Positions 1 through 12,860 are shown, counted from the whole stretch's first letter. The stretch: 63,424 nucleotides of DNA, filler included, from Octopus bimaculoides (GCF_001194135.2; 6 parts of 5 records of this genome joined end to end with filler, not necessarily neighbours in it); one strand, 5' to 3'. The notes: a model not told the origin generated them from the sequence alone. Translations and numbers: made by a program.

Positions 1-294
1 ATATATATATATATATATATAAAACAAATAATGAATGAGTATATGCATATATACGTACAGGTATGTGCATACCTACGTCTACCTGTATATATAGGTGCAT
101 ATCTGGGTACAGGACATTGCAAACAAAACGTAGACAAATATATATATGAATTAAAACAGTAAGGTAAAAGATTGGATATTAATTAATATCGATTTAATAC
201 CAGGGAACAAGCACATTAAAAGAATCAGAGAGATTCAGAAAAATTATCTGAGATCTCAAAGGATTATTGTATATGTATATATTAAGGGGATCAC

Positions 295-359
295 TAGGTG
301 AACGGTTAACGTGCTAGAAGAACATGTGATCTTCTTCTAGCACATTAACCGTCCACCTA
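295..359 (-). repeat. Short inverted repeat / 28-bp hairpin (pre-miRNA-like or foldback remnant)
   Basis: 295-322 pairs with 332-359 at 26/28 Watson-Crick with a 9-nt loop. The two A.C mismatches on + become G.U on -. Confidence 0.85.
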
Positions 360-370
360 ATGGTCTCCTT

Positions 371-440
<70 letters not shown>

Positions 441-645
441 GAGAGAGAGAGAGAGAACTAGACACATACATACATACATACATACATACATACATGCATA
501 CATACATAATCATATATGCTCATACATATAGTGTACTATATATATTTTGCTTTAATATATTTTACACAGTAAAGATATTTATTTCTCCCTTTTCTCCATC
601 TTTTCTTACTTTTTCCTTTCTTCCTCCCTTAGTGCGTCTCTATGG

Positions 646-722
<77 letters not shown>

Positions 723-1381
723 TGCGCGCGCACGTCTGCTTTTGAACGTGCGTAACGAAACATGTAGTCAGATTAATAAAGAACTTCCTCTATGAATCTA
801 TGCGATAGTGTCATAACAAGCAACAGATAAGCTCACAGTGTTCGACGATTAAATACTGTTTCCTATTGCAACAGCAACAGCCTATGAGAGCTTAATACGA
901 AGTACATACCAGATATGTATGTACTTACAGTTCATTTAGTAAACATGCCAATTCTACCATTTGTATTTCCTTGGTAATACCCAAATTTATGCTATTAAAA
1001 ATGGCCGCTCTTTTCTGAATTGTCGGAAACAACAATTTAACCAGCTGAAGAAATATTGATACAAATAATTATTGCTTTCTTTACAATAATGATTTCTCTT
1101 TTAATAAAGCTAAATATGAAATACATTTTCTTGCTTGTAAAATCAAGAGATTATAGGAATCAACAGATAAGAACACTAAAATCTTTGTTACACACAAGCG
1201 CGCGCGCACGCACGCACATACGCAGACACAGACAAGCAAATACACTCACGTGCGCGCCTGCGTGCATATACACATACTTTACAAACACACATACACACAG
1301 AATTCCACATGGGGATTACATTCTTATACATTTATACATGTCTACATACATACATACATACATACATACATACAAACATAC

Positions 1382-1424
<43 letters not shown>

Positions 1425-1963
1425 NNNNNNNNNNNNNNNNNNNNNNNNNNNNNNNNNNNNNNNNNNNNNNNNNNNNNNNNNNNNNNNNNNNNNNNNNNNN
1501 NNNNNNNNNNNNNNNNNNNNNNNNNNNNNNNNNNNNNNNNNNNNNNNNNNNNNNNNNNNNNNNNNNNNNNNNNNNNNNNNNNNNNNNNNNNNNNNNNNNN
1601 NNNNNNNNNNNNNNNNNNNNNNNNNNNNNNNNNNNNNNNNNNNNNNNNNNNNNNNNNNNNNNNNNNNNNNNNNNNNNNNNNNNNNNNNNNNNNNNNNNNN
1701 NNNNNNNNNNNNNNNNNNNNNNNNNNNNNNNNNNNNNNNNNNNNNNNNNNNNNNNNNNNNNNNNNNNNNNNNNNNNNNNNNNNNNNNNNNNNNNNNNNNN
1801 NNNNNNNNNNNNNNNNNNNNNNNNNNNNNNNNNNNNNNNNNNNNNNNNNNNNNNNNNNNNNNNNNNNNNNNNNNNNNNNNNNNNNNNNNNNNNNNNNNNN
1901 NNNNNNNNNNNNNNNNNNNNNNNNNNNNNNNNNNNNNNNNNNNNNNNNNNNNNNNNNNNNNNN

Positions 1964-2012
<49 letters not shown>

Positions 2013-2315
2013 ATATATTATATACATATATGTATGTTATTATTCAGTTTCATTTCAAGGCTTCATGCCAACGGAGCATTAGATAAAGAGCTGGTTTCTA
2101 ACCTAGATCCAAGGCTCTTTCATTGGAATCTCAACATCAACATGGTATTTTTGTATTTTTGTATTTTTGTATTTTTGTATGTATGTATGTGTGTATGTAT
2201 GTATGTATGTATGTATGCATGCATTCATGTATCACGTTATTACTTTCCCTTTCTCTCTCCTTTCCTTAAATCTACAAGCTTTTTTCATTCTCCCTCTGTT
2301 TAATTTCTCTTATTC

Positions 2316-2351
2316 CTTTCTGATGAAGAGCGTAGGCCCGAAACGTAAAAG
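2316..2351 (+). ncRNA. Minimal type I hammerhead ribozyme motif, family H1
   Basis: CUUU-CUGAUGA-A-GAGC(GUAG)GCCC-GAAA-CG-UA-AAAG: intact core, 4-bp stem I, stem II with one mismatch, palindromic ACGU stem III. Confidence 0.7.
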
Positions 2352-2422
2352 ACTTGTTCATTTTCCCGAACGTTAAACTTAATACACCTGCCTTCGTCTA
2401 TTGTTTTTTCATAAATTTCAAC

Positions 2423-2506
<84 letters not shown>

Positions 2507-2550
2507 CGCGTGTGTGTGTGTGTGTGTGTGTATCTATGTATGTATGTATG

Positions 2551-2712
2551 TATATGACTGGATTCCACACACACTTCGTTCCTATCCAACTACCAAATTC
2601 ACTCACAAAGCATTGGTTGGCCCGGAGATATAGCATAAGTTACCGCGCAGTGAAACTCAACCCGAAGCCATATGGCTGCGAAGTGAAATCCCTAACCACT
2701 CAGCCACGCCTG
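2551..2712 (-). mobile_element. tRNA-derived SINE family A, diverged 5' part
   Basis: Reverse-complement similarity to the family A copies at 4782, 9004 and 28275; head-to-head with the next copy. Confidence 0.75.
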
Positions 2713-2730
2713 TATTTTTCTGTACAGACA

Positions 2731-3112
2731 CAGGCGTGGTTATATGGTAAGAAGTTTGCTTCCCAACTACATGGATCTAGGTTCAGTCCCACTGCGTGAC
2801 ACTTTGGGCAAGTGTCTTCTACTATAGCCTGTGGGTGACTAAAACCTTGTGAATGGTTTGGTAGACGGAAACTGAAAGAAGCCCGTTGTATGTATATATG
2901 CGAATGTTTGTGTCAGTGTTTATCTTCCACCATCACTCCACAAGCGATGTTGGTGTGTTTACGTCTCCGTAAGTTTGTGGTTCAGCAGAATAAACCGATA
3001 GAATAAGTACCCAGCTTAAACGAAAACGTAGTGGAGATCGATTCATTCGGCTAAAATTCCTGAAGGTAGTGCCCCGCCATGGGCGCAGTCAAATCACTGA
3101 AACAAGTAAAAG
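2731..3112 (+). mobile_element. tRNA-derived SINE family A (CORE-like central segment), near full length
   Basis: Pol III B-box-like GGTTCAGTCCC, CORE-like ACTTTGGGCAAGTGTCTTC, and the family tail ...ACTGAAACAAGTAAAAGA. Confidence 0.85.
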
Positions 3113-3496
3113 ACGAAGAATAGAAGCTGAAAGGAAATAAGGAAATGTGTATCCTCGGTACGGTGACCTGACCAAAATCCTTGCAAGAGAGAATGAAAAT
3201 GAACGTCCTTACGCAAAGCAATGCGAATGTGCGATACGAATACGCAAGACATTCAGTATTTAAGTATTTTGAACTTCTAAGAGTGGGGGTGCCACAGGTG
3301 GCTGAGTTAACCCTGTATACTAAACGAAAAGTCATGTTATTGTCGGTTTTGGTGTACCCATGTCAGTTGATGATCCCTTGATCCAGGATAAATTTCTGTT
3401 GCATAATGTAATTCGTACCTACACGCTCACATACAGGCGATGTGTTCGACCAACTTGAGTTTACTGAGCTGAATATGGAAAAAAAAAATTTCTTAT

Positions 3497-4030
3497 TTTG
3501 GCACAAGGCCAGCAATTTTAAGAGGTGGGAAGTCAATTACATCGACCCCGGTACTCAACTGACACTCTGTTGATTACGACGTCGAGGGTTCCAGTTGATC
3601 CGATCAACGGAACTGCCTGCTCGTGAAGTTAACGTGCAAGCGGTTGAGCACTCTACAGACACATGTACCCTTAACGTAGTTCTCAGGGAAATTCAGTGTG
3701 ACACAGAGAGTAACAAGGCTGGCCCTTTGAAATACAGGTACTACTCATTGATGCCAGCTGAGTGGACTGGAGCAACGTGAAATAAAGTGTCTTGCTTAAG
3801 GATACAACGCGTCACTGGAAACTGAAATCACGACCTTTTGATCGTGAATGCCCAAACCACTAAGCCACACACCTTCTCTGGTACTCAACTAGTATTTATT
3901 TTATCGACCCCAAAAAAGATGAAAGGCAAAATCGACTTCGGGAGAATTTGAACGCAGAACATAAAGACGGACGAAATGCCGCTAAGCATTTTGTCTGACG
4001 CAGTAACGATTCTGCTAGCTCGCTGCCTTC
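3497..4030 (-). mobile_element. tRNA-derived SINE family B, interrupted by the insertion at 3561-3879
   Basis: Reverse complement of the family B head (GGCAGCGAGCTAGCAGAATCGTT...GTTCAAATTC) and tail (GGCCTTGTGCC). Confidence 0.8.
3561..3879 (-). mobile_element. SINE family D nested in a family B SINE, 11-bp TSD GGTACTCAACT
   Basis: GGTACTCAACT at 3550-3560 and 3880-3890; 3' tail shared with the SINE at 17233; tRNA-like head near 3875. Confidence 0.85.
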
Positions 4031-4051
4031 AATAAATATTGATTTGAAATT

Positions 4052-4254
4052 TTGCCCCAAGGCCAGCAATATTTTAGGGAGTGGGTAAGGTAATTGTATT
4101 GATCCCAGTGCTCAACTGATTTTTATTTCATTGTCCCCGAAAGGATGAAAAGCAAAGTCGACCTCAGTAGAATTTGAACTCAGAACGTGAAGACGGACGA
4201 AACGCTGCTAAGCATTTTGACCAGCGTACTAACAATTTTGCCTGCTCACTACCT
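4052..4254 (-). mobile_element. SINE family B
   Basis: Similarity to the copies at 8538 and 16003; B-box GAGTTCAAATTC on -. Confidence 0.8.
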
Positions 4255-4781
4255 GGAATGTAGTAAATCTCTTCTGTAGATCAACGGTGGGAGAAAATGC
4301 ATTATTGAACAGGGCTGGTAGGATTATTTACTACTCAGTAATCAACGAAATTAATTACTGTTCAGTGTAGCACCATCTGTGCCACCTTTACAAACCTGTT
4401 AATAATATAATAATTTGCAATGAGTAATAATAATAGCGTCAAATTTTGACACAAGGCCGCCCGTCTTAGGAAGTGGGGAGATAGATTTATGATTATATAT
4501 TTTTACGATTTAAGTTTGCATATTTTCGAAATATGTAAAGATTGAAATTAACGAAGTTTCATATATATTAGAGAATTAATAAAATTCGATGATTAGTTAT
4601 CTTTAGTCGTGTTTATACAACCTTTTCCAAAAAGCAAATTCTTTAAATGTCACTCCAGCGAAGTAGAACGAGCGAGCTTACTGGTGGGATATTAGACAAA
4701 CAGTTGAAAGCCTAGAGTGTTTATGTTATCACCAGCGGTTATGCTAGTCTGTCCGTTGTCAGAGTAACTTAGGGGTCTTAT

Positions 4782-5145
4782 TCTTTTATTTGTTTCATTC
4801 ATTTGACTGCAGTCATGCTGGAGCACCACCTTTAGTCGTGCAAATCGACCCCAAGACTTATTCTTTGTAAGCCTAGTACTTATTCCATCGGTCTTTTTGC
4901 CGAACCGCTAAGTTACGGGGACGTAAACACACCATTATCGATTGTCAAGCGATGGTGGGGGGATAAACACCGACGCACAAATATACGGGCTTCTTTCAGT
5001 TTCCGTCTACCAAATCCACACACAAGGCTTTGGTCTACCCGAGGCCATAGTAGAAGACACTTGCCCAAGGTGCCACACAGTGGGACTGAACCCGGAACTA
5101 TGTGGCTGGTAAGTAAGCTACTTACCATACAGCCACTCCTGCGCC
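4782..5145 (-). mobile_element. SINE family A, full length
   Basis: Head GGCGCAGGAGTGGCTGTATGG...GGTTCAGTCCC on -, with the complete family tail. Confidence 0.9.
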
Positions 5146-6239
5146 TATCTTGTTAAATTTCTTCCAACTACTTAGTATTTCAAATTTTCATCAGAAGAAA
5201 ATTTTCATCAGACTGAAGACTTCTGATTGACTAAAATTACATAACTTTAAATACATGTAAATCCTTTATTATTAATTTCGAGAATAAAAACAATGGATGC
5301 AATTTTCGTCAGCACCACGCACAACTACCTCACATCTATACCTTAGAAAATAATCAGGTGAACATTTAAAAGTGGTTGGTAGAAATTTTACAAGATCCTA
5401 ACTTTCTTAAAAAGAAAATAAGGGCATATTGGATAATGCAGCCTTACATGTCTGAAAAAAGAATCGATTGTTCATGGTTGGATCGTCTTTAATCATCACG
5501 TAGTTAACCATATGTAGATGAGCAGCGTCAGCATTGAAAACTGAACGAGTGTCTCGTTAAATTTCGGACGTTTATTAAAAGGCAGCTTCTGCTAAGGGAA
5601 AAGTAATCTCCGATAGATTTATGTTTGTTCTATAAAAGGAAGATAGCCCTCATTTACTTGAAGCCGGCAGAGTCCCAGGGTCCAGGTGGCAGTATAGTTA
5701 AAGAAATCAAAAAAGAAAAAATTAAAATAATTCGGTAGCGTTCCTCCTATTGTGCTGAGTAACTAACTACTTCAGTACCTTCATCTACTGGTTTTCTTAG
5801 GAAAAACAGAAGTAAACCTTTAATCCCCCCTTCTTCCGCTACTTCTTAACTGACCCAGCTTATTATCNNNNNNNNNNNNNNNNNNNNNNNNNNNNNNNNN
5901 NNNNNNNNNNNNNNNNNNNNNNNNNNNNNNNNNNNNNNNNNNNNNNNNNNNNNNNNNNNNNNNNNNNNNNNNNNNNNATATATATGTCACTCACTCACTT
6001 GATTCATCGAGGTTTTTCAAATCAATAGAAACGGTTGACACCCTCCCTCACCTCACTCATTTGTAACGTCTGCTCTATTGCTTTCTACTATTCTAATCCG
6101 CTTATCTCTTTTCCTTTATTGTTATTGTTTTGCTTTGTACTTTTTTTCTTTACTTTATGAGCCTTAACTGTTAGAGAATAATTCACAGATGTTATCACTA
6201 GATATACAGCAGTCACGGGTAACCAGCGGTCCCCTTCAA

Positions 6240-6318
6240 TTTTCTTAGCAGTGCGGCCCGCCTGATAATGAGCCATGTCTCATGCGGCCCGCTTCTCGAA
6301 AATGGCTGCCCATGTCTG
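6240..6318. mobile_element. hAT-type (Charlie/Tip100-like) terminal fragment
   Basis: Reads CAGACATGGGCAGCC...GCGGGCCGCA on -, resembling hAT MITE termini. No partner end found. Confidence 0.4.
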
Positions 6319-6639
6319 ATATTGTCTGATATATTGACAGTACTAAGAATGATAATATGATAATTTAACCCTAGGTCAGCTCTGATTGAGTAAATCGCAG
6401 AGATCTATAAATCGATAAACTGGCTTTAAATAATCGGTCATCTTTTCACGCATGCGCGCGCGCGCACACATACACACGCACATACACATACTCACGCGTA
6501 AACACATATACACACATATACATGCACACACACACTGCCACATACACACACAGAGACAGACACGCGCTCGCACACACTCACGCACACGCACGCACACATA
6601 CACACGCTTATACACATGCACACACACTACCACATACGC

Positions 6640-6960
6640 ACACACACAAACATAAACAGACAGAAACCCACATACACACACACACACAAACACATACACA
6701 CACAAACATAAACAGGCAGACACCCCCATACACACACAAACACACACACACACAAACATAAACAGGCAGACACCCACATACACACACATATACACACATC
6801 CAAACAAACAGGTAGACACCCACATACACACACACACACACACAAACATAAACAGGCAGACACCCCCATACACACACAAACACATACACACACAAACATA
6901 AACAGGCAGACACACACATATACACACATCCAAACAAACAGGCAGACACCCACATACACA
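6640..6960. repeat. CA-rich minisatellite (core CACAAACATAAACAGGCAGACACCC)
   Basis: AAACAG(G/A)(C/T)AGA core recurs about 7 times, with a ~140-bp higher-order period (6721 vs 6861). Confidence 0.85.
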
Positions 6961-7462
6961 CACATATACACATGTATACAGTGAATTTCACTTGTCTAAT
7001 AGAAGATGTAATTTAAATGAAATTCCCTTTCTTACACTGACATTTCTGTAACTTCTGAAACCCTTATTTTCTCGTATTGCCTCAGACCCCTATTCGAAAT
7101 TAAATGCAAGAAACGTATATCCGATGTTAACTTTATTAGTAGACCAAGTTAGCATCGTTGTTTTAATTCGTAGCTGTAGCCATTTTACGAGATGAACCAG
7201 GGGAGTTGTTAGAACGCAGAACAAAATCCCTTGCGGTATTTTCTCCTGCTCTCACTCTTTATGTTCGAATTTCACCAAAGTGATCTTCACCTTTCATCGT
7301 TTCGGATTCGATAAAATAAAGGCCCATTCCAGGATGCATGGATTGGTAGAAATGTTAGAATATCGGACATGATGCTTCTATATATATATATATCCATGAT
7401 TGATCGCTGACCAAAACATTCAATTTTTTTTCTCCGTGTTTTTCTCCTTGTTTTCTCCGTAT

Positions 7463-7499
7463 TCTTTCTGTTAAAGAGCGTAGCTCGAAACGTTAAAGA
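7463..7499 (+). ncRNA. Degenerate hammerhead ribozyme motif, family H1
   Basis: UCUUU-CUGUUAA-A-GAGC(GUA)GCUC-GAAA-CGUU-AAAGA: perfect stems I and II, two core substitutions. Downstream ~100 bp is homologous to 2351-2422. Confidence 0.6.
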
Positions 7500-8537
7500 C
7501 TTTCCGTATTCCCGAGCGTTAAACTAATACATCCTTTTGTTGTTTACACCACCTGTCCTCGTCTGTTGTTGTTGTTTTTTTCGTAAATTCTCTCATATAT
7601 ATATATATATCCATGATTGATCGCNNNNNNNNNNNNNNNNNNNNNNNNNNNNNNNNNNNNNNNNNNNNNNNNNNNNNNNNNNNNNNNNNNNNNNNNNNNN
7701 NNNNNNNNNNNNNNNNNNNNNNNNNNNNNNNNNNNNNNNNNNNNNNNNNNNNNNNNNNNNNNNNNNNNNNNNNNNNNNNNNNNNNNNNNNNNNTATATAT
7801 ATATATATATATTTGTTCTAGCTCTTTGCATTCTGAGTTCTTGAATGGTAGAGATAATCCGTCTCCTCGTTTAATACTACCATCTGATCCTTGATGAACG
7901 TTTGCGGGGTTCACTCTGTTGCTATTATTCGAACCAAGTCTCTAGTTTGAAGATGATTTCCGTCCTTCTTCCCATCAGCCTCAGAAGCCCTGACAAACAC
8001 AAATGGTCTTGGATATGTCCTGCATGACCATCTTAACAGCATTATAGTCCACCATGCAAATTAGGGCACAGGGCCTTATAGTATTTATATATTCACAGCA
8101 AGCCACAGCATACATAGATCAAAATTGGGTCCCCAGACCTATGGGGACCTCGGGAAACTTCCCAGTGTGCCCATTCCTTAAGATGATACAGATGTCCCTT
8201 CCCTCCCAGTCAAAAGAGCAAAAGAAAAATATTCCATTTATTTATGCTGCCAATGACTTTGACTGTTATGTGCATTTACTAGCGTTTCTTCTTATATAAG
8301 AAGGTGAAGATTAAAAATGTGGTAAGCAAAGTGCTGTGCTTAATAAGATTAAACCAGCCGTAATTCTGAGAAATCAGAAGCCTGTAGCTTTAACCATTGT
8401 AATAAACGTAACTTGTCATGACAGAGCTTTCCCTTTGATTTGTAAGCAAGATCAAAAGCGTGCGTTAATTCCATTATTACAGGCTTTATAATATGCCTTG
8501 CGCCTAAAATAGGAAAATTAATACAAGCTTTGCTATT

Positions 8538-8753
8538 AAGGCGGCGAGCTGGCAGAACCGTAAGCACGCCGAGCAAATTGTTTAGCGGCGTTTAGTTCGT
8601 TTTTATGTTCTGAGTGCAAATTCCGCCGAGGTCACTTTTTGCCTTTCATCCTTTCGGGTTTGATGAAATAAGTGCTTAGTACTGGTGTCGATGTAATTAC
8701 TTATTCCCCTCCCAAAAACTTCAGGCCTTGTGCCTGTAATAGAAGGGATTATT
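8538..8753 (+). mobile_element. SINE family B, full length
   Basis: AAGGCGGCGAGCTGGCAGAA head, GAGTGCAAATTCC B-box, tail GGCCTTGTGCCTGTAATAGAAGGGATTATT. Confidence 0.9.
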
Positions 8754-9003
8754 AAAGAGTGAACAGACAAAATCGTTAGTGCAGCAGACAAAATGCTTAC
8801 CGGCATTTTTTTTTTTTTTTCGGTTTACGCCCTCTTAACTTACAGGTTCACCAATAAGTCACCGATGAAATAAGTTGCAGACTTTAAAATAAGTACTAAG
8901 GTCGATTTGACCGACAAAAATCGTCAAAGCGGAATCGTAAGATGGCGACTGTCCATTGACTGAAACAAATGAAAGATTAAAAGAAGGCGTGCAATGTTAT
9001 TAC

Positions 9004-9384
9004 TCTTTTACTTGTTTCAGTCATTTGACTGCGGCCATGCTGGAGCACCGCCTTTAGTCGAGCAAATCGACCCCAGGACTTATTCTTTGTAAGCCCAGTA
9101 CTTATTCTATCGGGCCTCTTTTGCCGAACAGCTAAATTACGGAGAAGTAAACACACCAGCATCGGTTGTCAAGCGATGTTGGGGGAGACAAACACAGACA
9201 CACAAACACACATATATATATATATATACATGTATACGACGGGCTTCTTTCAGTTTCCGTCTACCAAATCCACTCACAAGGCTTTGGTCGGCCCGAGGCT
9301 ATAGTAGAAGACACTTGCCTAAGGTGCCACGCAGTGGGACTGAACCCGGAACCATGTGGTTGGTAAGCAAGCTACTTACCACAC
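9004..9384 (-). mobile_element. SINE family A
   Basis: High similarity to 4782-5145 and 9672-10071. Confidence 0.9.
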
Positions 9385-9671
9385 TGTGTTGACATTGTGT
9401 ACAAACCAAAATAAAACGAGAAGCAGGTAGAATCGTTAAAGCTTTGGAAGAAATGATTCGCAGTATTCGCGCCGCTTTTTTTTATATTCTGAGTTCACAT
9501 CCCGTCAAGGCCAACTTTGACTTCCATCCTTTTGTTGGGGTCGATTAAATAAAGTACTACTCAAGTACTGCAGCCCTCAAAATTGCTAGCCTTGTAAACT
9601 AAATTATAAAGTATCATGTACTAGGTGAGTTGTCAGCTAAAGAAGTGACTTAGAGTTTTTTGTTTGTTTAC

Positions 9672-10071
9672 TCTTTTACTTGTTTCAGTCATTTGACTGC
9701 GGCCATGCTGGAGCACTGCCTTTAGTCAAGCAAATCGAACCCGGGACTTATTCTTTGTAAGCCTAGTACTTATTCTATCGGTCTCTTTTGCCGAACCGCT
9801 AAGTTACGGGAACATAAACACACTAGCATTGGTTGTCAAGCAATGCTAGGGGGACAAACATAGATATACAAACACACGCACACACATACATATATATATA
9901 CATATTTACGACGGGCTTCTTTCAGTTTCCGTCTACCAAATCCACTCACAAGGCTTTGGTCGGCCCGAGGCTATAGTAGAAAACACTTGCCCAAGGTGCC
10001 ACGCAGTGGGACTGAACCCGGAACTATGTGGTTCGTAAGCAAGATACTTACCACACAGCCACTCCTACGCC
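9672..10071 (-). mobile_element. SINE family A, full length
   Basis: High similarity to 9004-9384, with an internal CA/TA microsatellite. Confidence 0.9.
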
Positions 10072-10617
10072 TGTTTGTTTAATTGGTTGATAGAATTTTA
10101 GTCTAGAAATGTTCTTCTTAATATCCAGAAAATAAACAACACGGAAAAAATGAAATAATAGAATTAAAACAAAGAACTGGATTTGTCTGTCGACTGTAAA
10201 ATTTAGTAAGCTGATTGCGACAGACGTGTTTTATTCTTGAATGGACATCAAGATATCAGGAATTGGAAATGAGATACTTCAGGCGTCTCGGGTGTGTAGT
10301 TAAAAAGCTCGCTTTGCAACCACATGGTTTCAGGCTCGCTCCCAGTGCGTGACACCCTGGGAAAGTGTCTTCTAAAATTATATCAGCTTTTCTGATGTCT
10401 GGTCCGTCTAGAATTCGGAAAATCCACTCAACCGAGGTATATTTATGTTTAAAATATGCACATGCACACATACACACATACACACACACACAGATACACA
10501 CACACATACACACACACACACACATACATACATACATACATACATACATACATACATACATACATACATACATACATGCATACATACATACAAGTATATA
10601 CATACATACATACATAC

Positions 10618-10651
<34 letters not shown>

Positions 10652-10827
10652 CGTTACTGAGATATGAACGAAAACTATACTATAAATTAGCTGTAGCAAC
10701 AATCAAACAAATGAGAGCGTGTTGACATGGCGACTCGACGTGCTAGGAATAGCAGGTAAACATCCTTCCATTCACACACAACAAACTTAAGAAACAGGAG
10801 TGGTATATTGAATAATGTAATCCTAGA

Positions 10828-10976
10828 CTGAGCCGGCTCAAGGTACCGGCAACTCGGGCAGTCGCCCGGGGCGCCAAAGAGGGCGTGACAAGGACAAGGA
10901 AATTTTCACGACCGTCAGCTTGTACACGCCGAAGTTCAGCCTGCCCGGGGCGCCAGCAACCCTAGAGCCAGCCCTG
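10828..10976. mobile_element. hAT-superfamily MITE, 149 bp, 8-bp TSD ATCCTAGA
   Basis: ATCCTAGA at 10820-10827 and 10977-10984. Imperfect TIRs CTGAGCCGGCTCAAGG / CCTAGAGCCAGCCCTG (12/16). GC-rich. Confidence 0.85.
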
Positions 10977-12244
10977 ATCCTAGATACATTGTGTCGAATC
11001 GTAGATACATTATGTTGAAATAAAAGTCGGGATGGTCACGATTAAAATGCTTTTCATCACTGGTGTGCATGGCGTTAAACATTAGCAGCGATTCACACTC
11101 GACTGTTTAAAACGAAAATTAAAGGAAAGGCTGGTGGACTTTGTAACCCTGGATATATATTACGTCGGAATAAAAGACGTATTGGTTACGATGACAATGC
11201 TTTTTCATCATAAGTCCGCTCGAACAAACCACTGGCTATAGCCTGAAAAAAAGGAAGGTAGACTGAACAATGTCACGGGTGGAATGCTTTTAATCATAAG
11301 CCCGCTTGAACAGGAGAGTCCTGGGGTTAAACAACGACAAGGGTTTAGAAATTTTATGAATTTTCATCGAAGTTATAACCTACCACAGTGACGCCGAGAA
11401 AATGCAGTTTAGCTTAACTAATTATTGTTTTAATTTTCATGCTGTGTTGGTAATTCCTTAATTGTTGTACTCTAACTAATTATTCCCAGTATGTTAACTG
11501 GCTCGCCATATGTCAATTAAGACGAATTTTCTATATGATTGCTCTAATGTGTAGGTATGGGTTATGTTTGCAGAGTAGAAAAATATGACGACTGGTCGAT
11601 ACTCACGCTGTCCTACAAAGAACTTGGGGCTATTTCCAAGGTTTCATTCCATAGCAAGGTTTCAAGCGTTCCTGCACTCTTTAAACACAGACGTACTGAG
11701 CGAATGAGAGAAGCGTCTACGTAGGAATTTCTAAAAGGTACTCTTAAACGAAAAATTACCTTCAATTATTTTGGTAGTGCGGCCCGCCTGTTGGTATCTT
11801 TGCTCCCGCTTGCTTCGTGCGAGAATTGGTCTTCTCGATATCACCAACGCCATCAACATGGAGGTGTCATTCAATCAAAAAGAAATTGTAATTCTCGATC
11901 AGCAAAAACAACCGACGATGGTCGTGTGTGTGTTTGTGTGTGTGTAAAAGCGCGTGGCTTAGTGGCTAGGGTATTGAGCTTAGGATCCTAAGACCGTGTG
12001 TTCGACTCCTGGACAGAGCAAATCGTTCTATCCTCGAGCAAGGAACATTCTGTAGTATATTCAGCTGAACAGTAGAACAAGGCAAGTGCCGGCACAGACT
12101 TCTTTCCTTCCAGCGGTCGCAAGGTAAAAGTGACCCCGGCGAGATTTGAACATAAAACTCGAAGGGTCGGAATAAAGACGGTAAGGCGTTACGGCGTTCT
12201 AATGATTTTCCCAGCTCACCGTTTGTTAAATAATTCAATTTAAT

Positions 12245-12440
12245 TTTGATACAAGGCCAGCAATTTTTAGAGGAAGGTGCCGATCCCAGTTTTTGATTGG
12301 TGTTTTATTTTATTGATCTCAAAAGGATGAAAGACAAAGCTGACCCCAGCGAAATTTGAACCTAGAGTGTGAAATGCGGAAATAAATTGCAGAAATGCAT
12401 TCTTGTTCCGGCGTGCTAACGATTCTCCCAACTCGCCGCT
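12245..12440 (-). mobile_element. SINE family B
   Basis: Reverse-complement similarity to 8538-8753. Confidence 0.75.
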
Positions 12441-12471
12441 CGATACGAATAAAAGACTTTTATTCGTTTAT

Positions 12472-12677
12472 TCTTTTACTTGTTTCAGTCATTAGACTGC
12501 GGCCATGATTGGGCACCGCCTTTACGAATTTTAGCAGAATGAATCGACCCCAGTACTTAAAAAAAAAAACTAAGCCTGATACTTATTCTATCGGCCTCCT
12601 TTGCAGAACTGCTATGTTACGGGGACGTAAACACACCAACACCGGTTGTCAACCTGTGGTGGAGAACAAACATAGAT

Positions 12678-12717
<40 letters not shown>

Positions 12718-12802
12718 ACACATGCTCACACAAACACACACATTCACATATATATATTGTTATGTATATATATATATAGAGAGAGAGAGAGAAAGAGAGG
12801 GA

Positions 12803-12860
<58 letters not shown>

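Noticed and set aside
494-2799. Long ORFs such as 1056-2303 (415 aa) and all X-rich, HT/YI/CV-repeat ORFs across the window
   Set aside because: They translate N gaps and di/tetranucleotide microsatellites; no coding signal.
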